This document shows positions 48,738 through 60,982 of a DNA stretch of 64,000 nt, one piece after another (within the stretch, counting starts at the first letter, position 1; every line of letters begins with the position of its first letter). This DNA comes from Eledone cirrhosa (lineage: Eukaryota), in NCBI GenBank assembly GCA_964016885.1, contig OZ024742.1, forward strand, positions 276,706,001 through 276,770,000, given 5' to 3'. The notes below the pieces were generated by a model. The model saw only the letters and a program-made list of their open reading frames with translations, ran no database searches and was not told the origin of the DNA. The position numbers were made by a program, and so were the translations under genes.

Positions 48738-51214
48738 GTTTTCGAAAATTTATCTTGTTTGTTTTTTTTTGTCACATCACAACTCTTGTTGGAGTGTGTG
48801 GGTTATTTAGCTCTTTTGTGGCCATGGGAAGGCAGGTCTTCTGCAGTACTACATGACACTGGAAATCTTGATCCTGTGTCATCTTTGAGGTTTAATAGGG
48901 CATGATCAGCTTTTATCACTTGATCCCATGGTTTTCATTCACCTTTATATGGTTGTCGTCTTCAATGTGTCACCTGTCCAGACCACTGCAACTCACTCTG
49001 GTTTCTTCACTACTAATTTGGTCACTTTTATAGAACCCCATGATCATTTAACTAGCTAGTTTCCCGTGAGCTTTTGCTTACGGCTCTTGTATTGTACATA
49101 TCTAATACAAAACCTACGTTCTTTGCTAGCCGAAGAACCCTCTCCATCTGTTGTGTATTCATAGTTTACATTTGGGACTTATGAAATGGGGGAACTGTTA
49201 CAAACTTTCCAGATCAACAAAGAACTGCTTGCTTTTTAGTTATGTATTTCTCTAGCAGTTGCCTCAAGGATGAGGGCATCCATGGTACTTTTACCTGACA
49301 ATTCTAAACTGCATCTCGTCTAGGTTAACTGGTCTCTAATCAGCTAATTTTCTTTGTCTAGTGCATCTCCTTTGCCTTTGTAGCAATTTCGGTGGTTACG
49401 GTATATCTCAGATGGGCTACTGTTTCTGATTTTATGAGGCATCTTTGTTTTTGATGGCAACCAGTATGAAAAGAAAGCTGTTGGTTAAGCCCCAGAGTTT
49501 AGTTAACCTCTTGCTGAAGCAATAATTGAGGTGGAGGATGAATCGAAACATGTCCCAGATTTGGTATTTACCTCTTGCTGCCACCACTTTACAGGTGTAC
49601 TAGATGCTTTTATTATGGTACCAGTATCGGAGACTAGCTCACGCTACCCTGGGTTTCTGGTTGGGAGTAGAGCTGACATTGGTTGGACACTAGTCGAATA
49701 TGGAGATGAGGGGAAACACTTGCATGGCTTGTCAATTGAATCAATCGGTAGTCTTAAGATTTGAACTTTTACTGGTTATTTAGTTGCAGCAGGAGAATTG
49801 ATAAAACAATGACTAACCGAATGAAGATATTCTCCCTATGATAATTAAATTCTAGGCTTAATTTTAAGTATTGCTTGAATTAAAAAAAAAAAAAAAAAAA
49901 AAAAAAGATACAATTTAAGGACGGGTATTATTTCTGGTCATAGATGTTATATAATAGACCGGTTTATTTGATAAAATAGGTGTAAAACATGGTTACCCAG
50001 GCACATACAGGTGAGAATCCAAAACATAACATTTGGTGTATTGGTAAAGGGTTGAACGCCATGCTTTCTAGCATAGTTACGTCCCTTTACGGTCAGCTCA
50101 TCCCACCGATGTTAACTTTGCCTTTCATCCTTACGGAGGTAGATAAAATAAAGTACCAGTAGTGTACGCTGGCCTTGTGCCAAAAGTAGAAACAATTATA
50201 TACTTTACAGGGATCACCAAAATTTCTTGGGTAACTGCCTCCACAAGGAAACCATATCTTTTGGACAAAAGTATGCAGACCACTACATTTTACTAAAATC
50301 AAGTGTTTGTGTGGTTTGATAAAATAAATACCTGTAAAAAGAATAATGGAAATATGAATGACTTATTTCTACCAGGTCACAACCTTTTCAAAAATTATCT
50401 TATTCCTGAGAGGCTCAAGGGGAGAGAAGTGGGAGGGTTTTCTTGGGAACTAGCAGTGTCACCCATTTCTCCTAATAGTTTTCCAAGATTGCTTATTCTC
50501 CCGATAGAGGCCTACTTATATTGCATCTAACGGAACAGCTCTGCTGAGGAAAAGTCGTCATTTTAGCTATTAAAATAAAAATACACTAACCATATAAACT
50601 GTTCTGTTCACTTTTCATTTATTTTATGGTATCAAAGTTTTTGCTACCCGGTTACTGACACAATTCGACTGGATTTGTTATTGTTTAACTGCTTTTAATA
50701 TCTGAAGTAGATTTTGAGTGAAACTTATCTCAAACTTAATACTTTAGCAAATCTTGTAAATTTATTTACGAAAAATGTTCATGTCTGAAAATTCAAAATA
50801 AAGGAAGACAATATAGTCAAAGGGAGGCTACTTCCATTTGACACATTTGTATGGTTTATTTTATTTTTTCTACCATGATACGATAAAGTGTTTTTAAAGG
50901 GCGGCGTCTTGATGCATAAATCAAATAAAATATATCCAACAATATAGGTAAATATATTTATTTTCAGAATCACGTTCTGTTATTCTTAAATGAACTCGGT
51001 AACTCTTGATGGAGTCGTAGGGGCGCTATCCTTACAGTATTTCCTTGAGCATTCAAAACCTGATGGAGCCCGCCCCTCTCTAGATCGTAATACATCTGAT
51101 TTCTTTCAGAGAAAGAAGAATGAACAGCAGTATTGGATTGGTAATTTATTTATCAACCCTAAAAGGATGAAAGGCAAAGTTGAACTTGGAGCTCAGTGAG
51201 CCAGAACAAATCAT

Positions 51215-51525
51215 TTCATTTTACGTCCGCTTTTTCCCTGCTTGCAAGAGTGGGACGGGAACTGATTCTGGCTTGATTTCTACAGCTGGATGCCCTTCCT
51301 AACACCAACCTCATTTACAGTTGAGTGGTGGGTGCTTTTTTTTTTTTTGCAGTGGAGTGATGGACGCCAGTCCCTATCATCTCATTTCTACAGCTGAGTA
51401 AACTGGAGCAATGTGAAATAAAGTGTCTTGCTCAAGGAAAAAACACATCACCCGGTCTGAGAATTGAACTCACAACCTTTTGATTGCAAGGCCAATGCTC
51501 TAACCACTAAGCCATGTGCCTCCAT
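51215..51525 (-). mobile_element. SINE family B, apparently full length
   Basis: Minus strand head GGAGGCACATGGCTTAGTGGTTAGAGC...GAGTTCAATTC (A and B boxes) and RTE-type 3' end. Confidence 0.85.
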
Positions 51526-51899
51526 TACCGAAGTATTTTAATCCAACGCCTTAACGACTGCCACTTTTTACCAAGTAAGACGAATAAATAAAACTGAAAT
51601 GCGTCCTATCTAGATATAATTGGCAGTGAGATATACAAATTTTACTCAACATTTTCTATCCCACATACGTGCAAAAATTAACCTTTGTTGAATGTTTGAA
51701 GAAGTAACAATTTTCTTTGTGTGTATACAGTCTATATTAAGTTCTGCATTTAGCAGCCCAGGTATAAATTTCTATCTGTATATACAGCATAGAAATAATT
51801 AATTCTATAAATTTACACGTTGAGAAAATGAAAGTAGGGCACATGTTTTTCTCATCTGAGAAAAATAAGAGTGAACCACACCTGTCAGGTGTTTGGTTT

Positions 51900-53700
51900 G
51901 CTATAAGATCAGAAATTGCTAGATCCCTTTCTACTTTGCTTATATGTGCATCAGACCACTGACATTTGACCTCAAATACTAGTGTTACTATGCTCCAACC
52001 ATGGCCAGTTCTGACCTATTCTGCAATGTCATCTCTAATGATCAACATAGGAGTAAACTCATTCTTATGGGGAACTTCAAAGCTCAAATAGGTACAGACC
52101 CTCTGTCCTGGCAGGGAGTACTAGGTCATCATAGGGTCTGTTGAATGAACTTAAATGGTCTCCAGCTTCTTTCCCTCTAGAGAATTCAATCTAACTATTA
52201 TCAACACTATTTTTTAACACCAGGCTACCAAAAGACATCCTGGATGCATTCTTGATTCAAGGATTGGCATTTCATAGACTTTGTCATCACAAAGAAACAC
52301 AATTTGAGGAATATTAACATTACACGCTCCATCTATAGCACCTGCTTTCTTTTGGATTATGCTCTCCTTCATAGTATAGCTTCATTCTGTCTTGTTCACA
52401 GGAGACTACAAATGTCATCCATACTTAGGCGCATTATCATTCAACCTTTGAAAACCTATGAAAATCACACAGCAGGTATACAAAAAGTACAAGATTCAGG
52501 TTCAATGTGCTCTCTCAGCTCTTGATAAAAAAGTAGGTACACAAAGAGTACAAGATTCAGGTTCAATGTGCTCTCAGGGAAATGAAAGAGACTTGGTAGT
52601 CTGCAAAGGCTACTGATCTCCAGCATGCTGCAGATAAAATACTCCCAGGCCTTCTTTGATGGTTTGTTTCCCAACATCCTACAATGTCTCTAGAACCAAC
52701 ACTGCAGTAAGTGAAGGATTCCATCAAGCAAATTTCTTGCAAGAAAGGATGCTATTCTGCCAGAGATTTATAAGTATGGTGGACAAAAGCTGGTCAGGTA
52801 ATTGCATGAGCTCTTCAAAACAATTTGTAGGGCCAGCTGTGTTCGTCAGAACTACAAAGACATGTCCATGAAACATCTACAAGAACAGGGAATAGGAGTG
52901 TAGGTGATAACCATTGTGGTATATCACTTCTATCAATTGCTGGTAAAATGCGAGCCAAGCTGATACTCAATCAGATCATCAAATATATTGTCGATCACAT
53001 ACACCCTGAGCCCACTGTGGCACAATCTGCATGATCTTTTTTCTTCATCAGGTTGCTGGAAAGGTCCGTGAGAGAAATCATGAGCTGTATATGGTGTTCA
53101 TAGATCTAACTTTGACATTGTAATTTGGAAAGTTTGGCATACCCAACAAGATGCTTAACATCATTGTCTCCTTCCACTAGGGGATGAAGGCTACTGTTTT
53201 ATCTGATGAAGAGTTGTCAGATTCCTTTGATATGGCAAATGGCACAAAATAAGGCTGTGTCATGGCTCCAGTTCTTTTTGCGCTAGTCTTCTCAGTGATG
53301 CTGAAATTTGCCTTTGCTGGAAAAAACACAGGTGTTAGATTCCAATTTTAAACTAGTGGCAGACTGCTCAACCAACAATAATTCAAAGCTAAGATGCATC
53401 TATGGACCAGCATCATTCATGATCTATTTGCAAATGAGGCTGCACTTATAGCAACATCTTTAGAGGAAGTCCAGGAACACGTTCCCTAACTTCCTCTGTT
53501 GTAAGTATAGCTTTCACGCATCTGCATAAAGAAAACATAGGTGATCCACTAACCATGCTCTATGTTCAAACAAATACAAGGTGTCAAACAGAAACTGCCT
53601 GTTCACCAGTTCCCAGATACCCTTATAAATGTCAATGAAATCATTCACATATCTTGGCAGTAAGGTAACTCAAATACATCTATTGAAGGGAAAATCAACC
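51900..53700 (+). mobile_element. Heavily decayed RTE-like LINE (APE + RT)
   Basis: ILMGNFKAQIG, NHCGISLLSIAGK, VFIDL, GCVMAPVLF and SFTYLGSKV in broken frames. Confidence 0.75.
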
Positions 53701-54019
53701 ATGGGAAAATTTTCCTTGCTACATACACACACACATATATCATCTTCATCATTACTGTTTATTGTCTATCTTTCATGTTTGCATAGATTAGAATGGTTCT
53801 TGCTAAAGTTAGACTGATTTTGGCTGTTTCTACAGCTCGATGGCTTACCTAATACCAGCCACGTATATGTAGATGGGTACCTTATGTTGCCTGAGAAATA
53901 AAGGTTACGCAAATGCATCTATCAAAGGGAAAATCAACCAAGGGAAATTTTCCCTGCTACATATGCATGTATATACACATACATATCATCATCATTACTG
54001 TTTATTGTCTATTTTTCAG

Positions 54020-54279
54020 GTTGTCGCTGCATAAGACATTCCAGATGAAGGGTTTACTACTGAGGAACGGGAAGATAGTCATGCTGTCAGGCCTTTTGCC
54101 ATCCCCTCGGTGAAGCCCCGCCGGCTGCATCCAAGCCATGCTTTATGACCTTGTTGAAAGCAGCAGGGTAGCAGGTGGAGGCTGAAAGACTCTATGGTGG
54201 ATCCGCAGCGACATTTGTATGGTTTGCAGATCCGGAGGTTGAGCCTCAGAGAAACCCCGATTCGCTGGCTATCATTATT
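54020..54279 (-). mobile_element. Remnant of a CRE-like non-LTR element (Zn knuckle + restriction-like endonuclease)
   Basis: RIGVSLRLNLRICKPYKCRCG..H...C, followed across a frameshift by DGKRPDSMTIFPF..IW. Confidence 0.6.
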
Positions 54280-54290
54280 TAGCTGCAATT

Positions 54291-54482
54291 GTGGTGGATT
54301 GGCAGTATTGGTAGAGGGTCAGACACCATGCTTTGACGCAAAGAGTTACGGCTCTTTCCATTCCGAGTTCAAATCCCGCTGGGGTTAACTTTGTCTTTCA
54401 TCCTTACGGGGTCGATAAAATAAAGTACCAGTAATGCACTGGGATAATTGCTGGCCTTGTGCCAAAAGTAGAAACAATTATC
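54291..54482 (+). mobile_element. SINE family A with TSD
   Basis: 11-bp TSD TAGCTGCAATT at 54280-54290 and 54483-54493. Confidence 0.88.
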
Positions 54483-56518
54483 TAGCTGCAATTAATAGGT
54501 TTGTGGTAGACCCTATGGCAGTGGAGACTTCCGGTGTTCTTGACACTTACTGTTATAGGCTGCCAACAGGTTCGAGGTGGAGTGGCTGTTCCAGAGAGTC
54601 TCCCTCGTCGTCCCCTGGGGCAATATATTCTATGTCCTGTCGGTCGTGACAAAAAAGCAGAGGATAAGTTAGTTGGAGGTGGAGGATATTCGTTCGGACC
54701 TCAAACATATACACAAAATAGATAAAAAGAAAGAAAGTATTTATCCTCCTGTTCCCACCACTTCCAATTTGATATTTGTTCATTTGTGTTATCTTTATTC
54801 TTTACATTTTGAAAAATTTAATTTTTAACAACCGACAGAAAAATAAACAGCAGTCTTTTACCGAATACCCTCTGGTATTGTAATAAAACTAGCTTTTACA
54901 AAAATAGCAAACAAGTCCATCTGGGTTAAAATATACTAACTTTAAAGTAGCCTCGATGTGGCCAGCGGGAATTCCCCACGTCCTAAATTAAGCAATAAGT
55001 TTTTAACTTCTTGCACAATCATTCTTCTAGAAATATAAGATATGATTTTAGGAGCTCTTTTTCAGGTAAGGTATATGGCTTTTTCATCTGTGATGATAAA
55101 CAATTTTCAACTGTATTAATTTAGATTTCTAATTTTGAAGTTAGTTAACTTAGGTTTTTATTTACAGAAGTTTCTTCCGCATTTCTGAACAAAATCTGGA
55201 AATCGCCTTTATTGGTATTTTCTCTTATAAACTTTAAAAAAAAAAAAGACGAAAATATTATTCTATTATTCTACACTCCGCTCTCGTCTTTAAGCTTGGA
55301 AATGTTTAAATCATTAGATCACTAATGTATTATGGAAATATTTTTACTGGTGAATTATTTTATTAGACAATAATAATTAAGGTCTTCTGGAAGAAACATT
55401 AATTTGTATTGTGATTAATATTGCACATTCTTTAATAATAATGCAAAGAACTGTGTAAAGAAATGGGAAACTGTCATATAACCACATGTTTCGAAGATAC
55501 GAAAAGAAGAAGGGGAAATCGAATTGCTGACACACACACATATATATATAACTTAGCTGGAGTGATTTTGTTAGGGGGTTATATCATTAAACATTTTCTA
55601 AATAAAGATAAGCTCAGTGATACCGACATCAAAAGACTCTCATACTTTAACGGGCAGACGAAACACTAGCTAAAGACAGCATGTAACTTTACAACCAAAC
55701 ACCGATTAAAAAGTTCCGATCTGTAATAACCGCGAACCCATGAAATACAACTTAGTATGACCCCTCCCATAAAAACCTGGAAATTGACGATTCAAACAGG
55801 AAAATTATTATAAAGCATCTAAGATGTGAATGGAATTATCAAAAAAGATAGTTTAGCATAATTACAGTTTAGTCTCACCCGACTTTGATTCTTCATGACT
55901 TTCTTAATAATGTATACTTTTAACGTAATTTTGCAGAGTTACGCTTATGATGTCTTGATGGAATTTAAAAGAAAATTATTATTTTTATTCTATGAAGCTA
56001 GTCTGATTGATATTATTCAGTAGAACATTACAAATAGAATGTCGTCGATAAACGCATAAAAGAGAGAAAAAAATGCGAGCGTATTGCCTCAAAGTGTTTA
56101 GTTAACCCTTATGATGTGATGTGCGGCCGATTGTCGCACTTGGTGGTGAATTGACAGTCGTTTTTGTTTTTGCTCTCCCACACTTTTTTTTCTCTCTTTT
56201 ATGTGTTTATCAATGACATTGTACTTGTAATGGTCTTCTGTTGATACCTCCAACGATGACAAGAACTGCGTTGTCACCCACTCACCCCAAACGTTATGAA
56301 CACTACAAGTTGAAAATAATAGTTTGCGATAATTACTGGAATTTTATTCTATTTGGTTACGGAAGCAATGACACCCGCCCCAATCTATCACAGCATCCAG
56401 AATGTGGGAAGGAGCTAAAGAGTCATTGACTGTGGCATCTCACATGAGACATTTACCTCTAACCCAGGGATCATCTGGTCTCTTTCCATCAACTGGACAA
56501 TCCAGCTGGCTCCAGAAT

Positions 56519-56993
56519 TGAGCGAAGTTTTTGGTTGTTGTGGAAGAGGATGATAAACACGACAAATACCAATAATTCTGGTTGAATATATAACTTTATT
56601 TCACTTCAACAAAAAGGAAAATACTTCGAATCGCAAATAAATAGTGTTCAAAAAGGCCTTTATGTTGTGCTGGAGTCTCTTTGTTTAATATGTGTTCGAT
56701 TAAAAAGTGACAAGTTGTGGTCCGACAGTACCAGCATAGGTAGTAGTAAACTCGCAGTGGCAAGGAAGCTGTGTTGTCTAAGAGAAGGGGCAGATGACTG
56801 TGTGAGTTAGGACAACAGGACAGCTTATTTATAATGACTGCTAGTTATTTTTTATAGATAACATGACCCAAGAATATCTTCTCCTTCCTAGGAATTTATC
56901 TATTGTCTTCTCTGTTAGGTTGCAGGTCAATTTTTAGTGGCCATGTCAATAAGTGAAAAGAGAACACCGTAGGAAAACATTTCTTTCGCTACA
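56519..56993 (-). mobile_element. Possible LTR of a Gypsy-like element
   Basis: Inverted ends TGAGCGAA / TTCGCTACA; TATAAA and AATAAA on the minus strand; next to a pol remnant. No partner LTR or TSD seen. Confidence 0.35.
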
Positions 56994-57399
56994 TATTTAC
57001 CCGAGCTAGGACCCATTTAATAATTAAGCTATATGTACAAACTATACATTTGTTTCTGTAAATGTGTTTTTGTGACTCCTCCTATCCAGGTAGTTGAAAA
57101 CAATTAATCACTTACCTTCTCTTGTTCCATGTCATAGGTAATGGCCCAGCAAGTGATTGTATAAAATGGTTAAAGAAGGAATAATAACGATGGTTTCTAA
57201 TTTGGGGTAGAGTGGAAAATCTATTAAATCAACCCTGGTGATACTTATTTTATTTACCCCAGGAGGATGAAAGGCAAAGCTGACCTTGGCAGATCTGGAC
57301 TCAGAACTTAAAGAGCCAGGACAAGTTCTTTTATTTGCCACGGACGTCAGATGAAAGGGATATTACAAAGGTTACATAAAATGTAGGGGTTTAAATAGA

Positions 57400-58480
57400 A
57401 ATCGACGAAAGAAAAAAGTATATAAATATGACATTCAGTCCACCTAATATAGGTGGAGGGCTAATCGCAGAAAACCTCAGATCCAAAATCACCTTCACCA
57501 GCAAGGGCAAGTGCCCTATTCCAACTATTATTCTCTGACCTACTCATTTATTCATGCCATTTTCGTTAATTTCACCAAGTTATCCGAGGAAAGCATCTCT
57601 CGCTCTACTCCCATTTCCTTGTTCAAATAAAACCTGAAAAAATTGGTAGGGGTTTGACCAAAGAGGAAAGTGTTTGTTTAGTCCTTTCAGCCTTGTCCAC
57701 CACACGACCTCATCTGCCATAGACACGAGACAAAGGAAAACTACCTACCCTACCTGGTTAAGGCAGGGTAGTGTGATGATCATTATGAACATGGTCAATG
57801 ACTGGATCCATTCTACACACGACGACAATTGTATAATATATTTCGGCAAGCAATGCATGGGCATTGAATGTATGTATGCAGAAGTTTCGTTACTTTGTAT
57901 GCATCTCCGTTATGTATTGTATCTCGAGCCAGTAGCACTATTAGGCCTAGGATTTCTGGAAGTAATCTACCGGCGTTGTGCTGAAAGTACTCTGAAACAA
58001 CTAACCAGTTTCCCCCCAAAATGCTGTCATGTTTCCTCACCACTAATCCTCTATAGATTGTTAATGTAGAATTTCCATCGGTTGTATTGTCCAACTAGTA
58101 GAGGGCTGTGAACACGTGACAAGAGTCCAGATTTCATCATCTAGGAAGCTGAGTCTGTTAAAGAGACAAATTGCGGAAAAACGTGCCTGACAAAGGACGA
58201 CCGCATTCGCTCACCGTCCAGGAATCTCTACGGATACGGCAACCTCACCATATTTGTGCCGAGCCCCGTTACATAGAAGACACTCAGATGGACCGCCTGG
58301 CCAGTAGAATGTGTGTCTCTTCTATATAAAACAAAAGGGTATATGTTCCAATCTGGTCAGGCGAAAACTGGGATAAGACGTGACGTTCAAGCAGTAAATT
58401 ATGACGAAGGTAGTGTAAGCAGGCGCCATCTCTGTCTAGCCTTTCAAGGGTAGCTTCTCAGCCCATTTCTAGGTAATATT
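57400..58480 (-). mobile_element. Highly decayed Gypsy-like pol remnant (RNase H to integrase)
   Basis: ORF 57813-58094 loosely resembles the region up to the integrase Zn-binding domain (ILGGNWLVV...LARD...CIAC). Confidence 0.4.
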
Positions 58481-59306
58481 GACCACCCTACTCATAACCC
58501 CGTCCCAGTTTCATCCCTATCCGACAGCATAGACTTACCTCACCAGACATTGAGTGTCAAGTCTTGATTTTTGGTAATTAAATGAAAGCCTAGTTATTTT
58601 ATTAAACTCATCATTAGTTTCATTTTTAACTGCGCACCAAATTTCAGTTTAAAATGCACGCATACAATCAACAATGCAAATGGACATAAATAAAAACGAG
58701 TCAGAAAAAAGAATAGTCGCGAATATTTCTTCAGATACACACTACAACAGAGAATGTTGGTATTTCTCTAAAAAAAATTAATGCAACTCAAAACAGTGTT
58801 AGATCTGATTGATACTTCAGTAAAACGAACTGCGAACTATGACAAATTTCTGATTTAAAACCCAATAAATATTTTCATATCAAAAACCTTAAAAACAAAA
58901 ACGTATTTTTTTACTTTTTTATTTGTAAATGTCTAAATCTCTGATTTTCAAAACAAAAGATTGAAGACCATTCGTTTCTAAAAAAAAGGCATGATAAAAG
59001 TATTTTTCGAGAACTTTCTTCGACGACTCATTCTAAGTTGAAGAAAGTTCTCGATACTATACACTATTACTATGTAGTAACTTTCTATCTTTTACAGTAT
59101 CCGCTTATTTTTGTTAGATATCTCGAATTATATATTTTAAATAAATTTTAAAACTGTTTTATGTAGAGATAATTAATATAAAATTATTTATAAAATATTT
59201 ATCAGAGTTAAACTTAAAATTGATATTAAAACACGGTAATTAATGAGTTCACTTTGCGAGTGGAATTTAGGCGACGGAAATGCAAGAAGCCCACCAAATC
59301 TATATA

Positions 59307-60356
59307 CCATGTTTTCCCTATTATAAGACAGGTCTTATATTATTTTTCTCTAAAAAAAGGCACTAGGACTTATTTTCGGGGTAGGGCCTTATATTTTTAC
59401 ACAGAAAATAACAGCACGAGAGTTTTGATAGGGTATCATTATACTGATGTCAAAAGTAAGGGGTATATATATATATAGTGAAAGAGTGGAGAATAACATG
59501 GTCGACTGTACAAAAAGGGTTTTATTTACAGTATTAACAATTGTTTCATTCATCAGGTGAGCCTAATCTAATCACTCGAGATTGCGTCACTCGACCTTAA
59601 ATACAGTGTGTCTGATCAAATCATCGGAATATATATATATATATATATATATATTTCCATTTATATATATATATATATAAGAGCAATGAGTTATTTAATT
59701 TGTTGATTATTCAACAAATTTAGTTTATAACAGATTAGAAGCACTCAACAATTTTTCTTGTGGAGTATATCAAAAACATTGATATATATATATATATACA
59801 ATATATTAACAAATGGAAATTATATTTATAAAACCATATTTATTTCATTATACATATTTAAAGGGCCACTAAGGCAGATTATGGTGCGCTTTCATCAGAT
59901 AAAATATAATACAGATTAGTTTTATAAATAAATATTGACATACCCTCAAAAAATGCAACCTTACCGGTTTGAGCTTCCTGGATAGTGGAGATATTAGATT
60001 TATTGTTGATTTAGTATGCAAATTAGTGTCGGAAAGGTTTAAATTTGTTGAGTGCTTTATATCAGTTATAAAAATATTTTAGCTTGCATCCCAACAAATT
60101 AAATATAACCTCTACATATATATATATATATATATATAATTGTTTCTACTTTAGGCACAAGGCCAGCAATTACCCAGTGCATTACTATATATATAATGAA
60201 TAAAGGATATATATCATAGAGTTAAAAACAATATCATTAAAAGAATTTATTATAGCAAGACTCTGGAAATTGCGTTTTATATTATTTTAAAATCATTTTT
60301 ATCGCAAAAATGCACTAGGACTTATTTTGGAGTAGGTCTGATACTAGAGGAAACAC

Positions 60357-60358
<2 letters not shown>
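59307..60358. mobile_element. Tc1/mariner-type non-autonomous element with nested insertions
   Basis: TA|CCATGTTTTCCCTATTATAAGAC ... GTCTGATACTAGAGGAAACACGG|TA; subterminal direct repeat GCACTAGGACTTATTTT. Confidence 0.65.
59797..59942 (-). repeat. Second copy of the hammerhead-bearing repeat at 42345-42483, core mutated
   Basis: Colinear with the 42.4-kb copy; the GAAA box reads TAAA. Confidence 0.8.
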
Positions 60359-60397
<39 letters not shown>

Positions 60398-60535
60398 ATA
60401 CTTTGGGAGGGTCATGTTGCCAATAAGAAACACACGCACCAGTTGCTTTCACTTCAATTTATTATAATAAATTTAGGAATTTATAAATTTCCGGTTGGTT
60501 GGTTGGTTCCACAACCAGATGGTTGTTTATATATT

Positions 60536-60578
60536 GTCAAAGTTCTTTCGTCACACATTCTGTGACCTCTTCAGTGAC
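60536..60578 (-). ncRNA. Minimal hammerhead ribozyme motif (mirror copy)
   Basis: Exact reverse complement of 60707-60749. Confidence 0.65.
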
Positions 60579-60706
60579 TGGGGATTCTTTTCTTTGTTTT
60601 TGTGCCTCTCCTTTGTTCTGTCCTACGCCATCTTGTTTCTGTGTGTGAACAAGATGGCGTAGGACAGAACAAAGGAGAGGCACAAAAACAAAGAAAAGAA
60701 TCCCCA

Positions 60707-60749
60707 GTCACTGAAGAGGTCACAGAATGTGTGACGAAAGAACTTTGAC
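60707..60749 (+). ncRNA. Minimal type I hammerhead ribozyme motif
   Basis: GTCA-CTGAAGAG-GTCACA(GAATG)TGTGAC-GAAA-GAAC-TT-TGAC: 4-bp stem I, 6-bp stem II, vestigial stem III, predicted CUU triplet. Confidence 0.65.
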
Positions 60750-60947
60750 AATATATAAACAACCATCTGGTTGTGGAACCAACCAACCGGAAATTTATAA
60801 ATTCCTAAATTTATTATAATAAATTGAAGTGAAAGCAACTGGTGCGTGTGTTTCTTATTGGCAACATGACCCTCCCAAAGTATAACAATATCGGTTTCAA
60901 CACACGTTTTCAGATAAAGAATCTTGCTAAACAAATTCAGAAACGAA

Positions 60948-60982
<35 letters not shown>

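Larger units (their letters stand above)
60390..60947. mobile_element. Palindromic Penelope-like pseudo-LTR insertion in (TA)n
   Basis: Arms 60390-60637 and 60648-60891 match except for one GGTT unit; 10-nt spacer; 56-nt extension on the right arm only. Confidence 0.75.

Noticed and set aside
48780-49500. LINE-like remnant downstream of the cyclophilin
   Set aside because: Looks retroelement-derived, but no diagnostic motif could be read confidently.
51440-51525. tRNA gene
   Set aside because: Acceptor stem does not close and the sequence runs into a SINE body.
55052-55071. Recursive-splice-like TTTTTCAG|GTAAG (also minus-strand TTTCTCAG|GTATGT near 26350)
   Set aside because: Such short motifs can occur by chance and no host intron is established.
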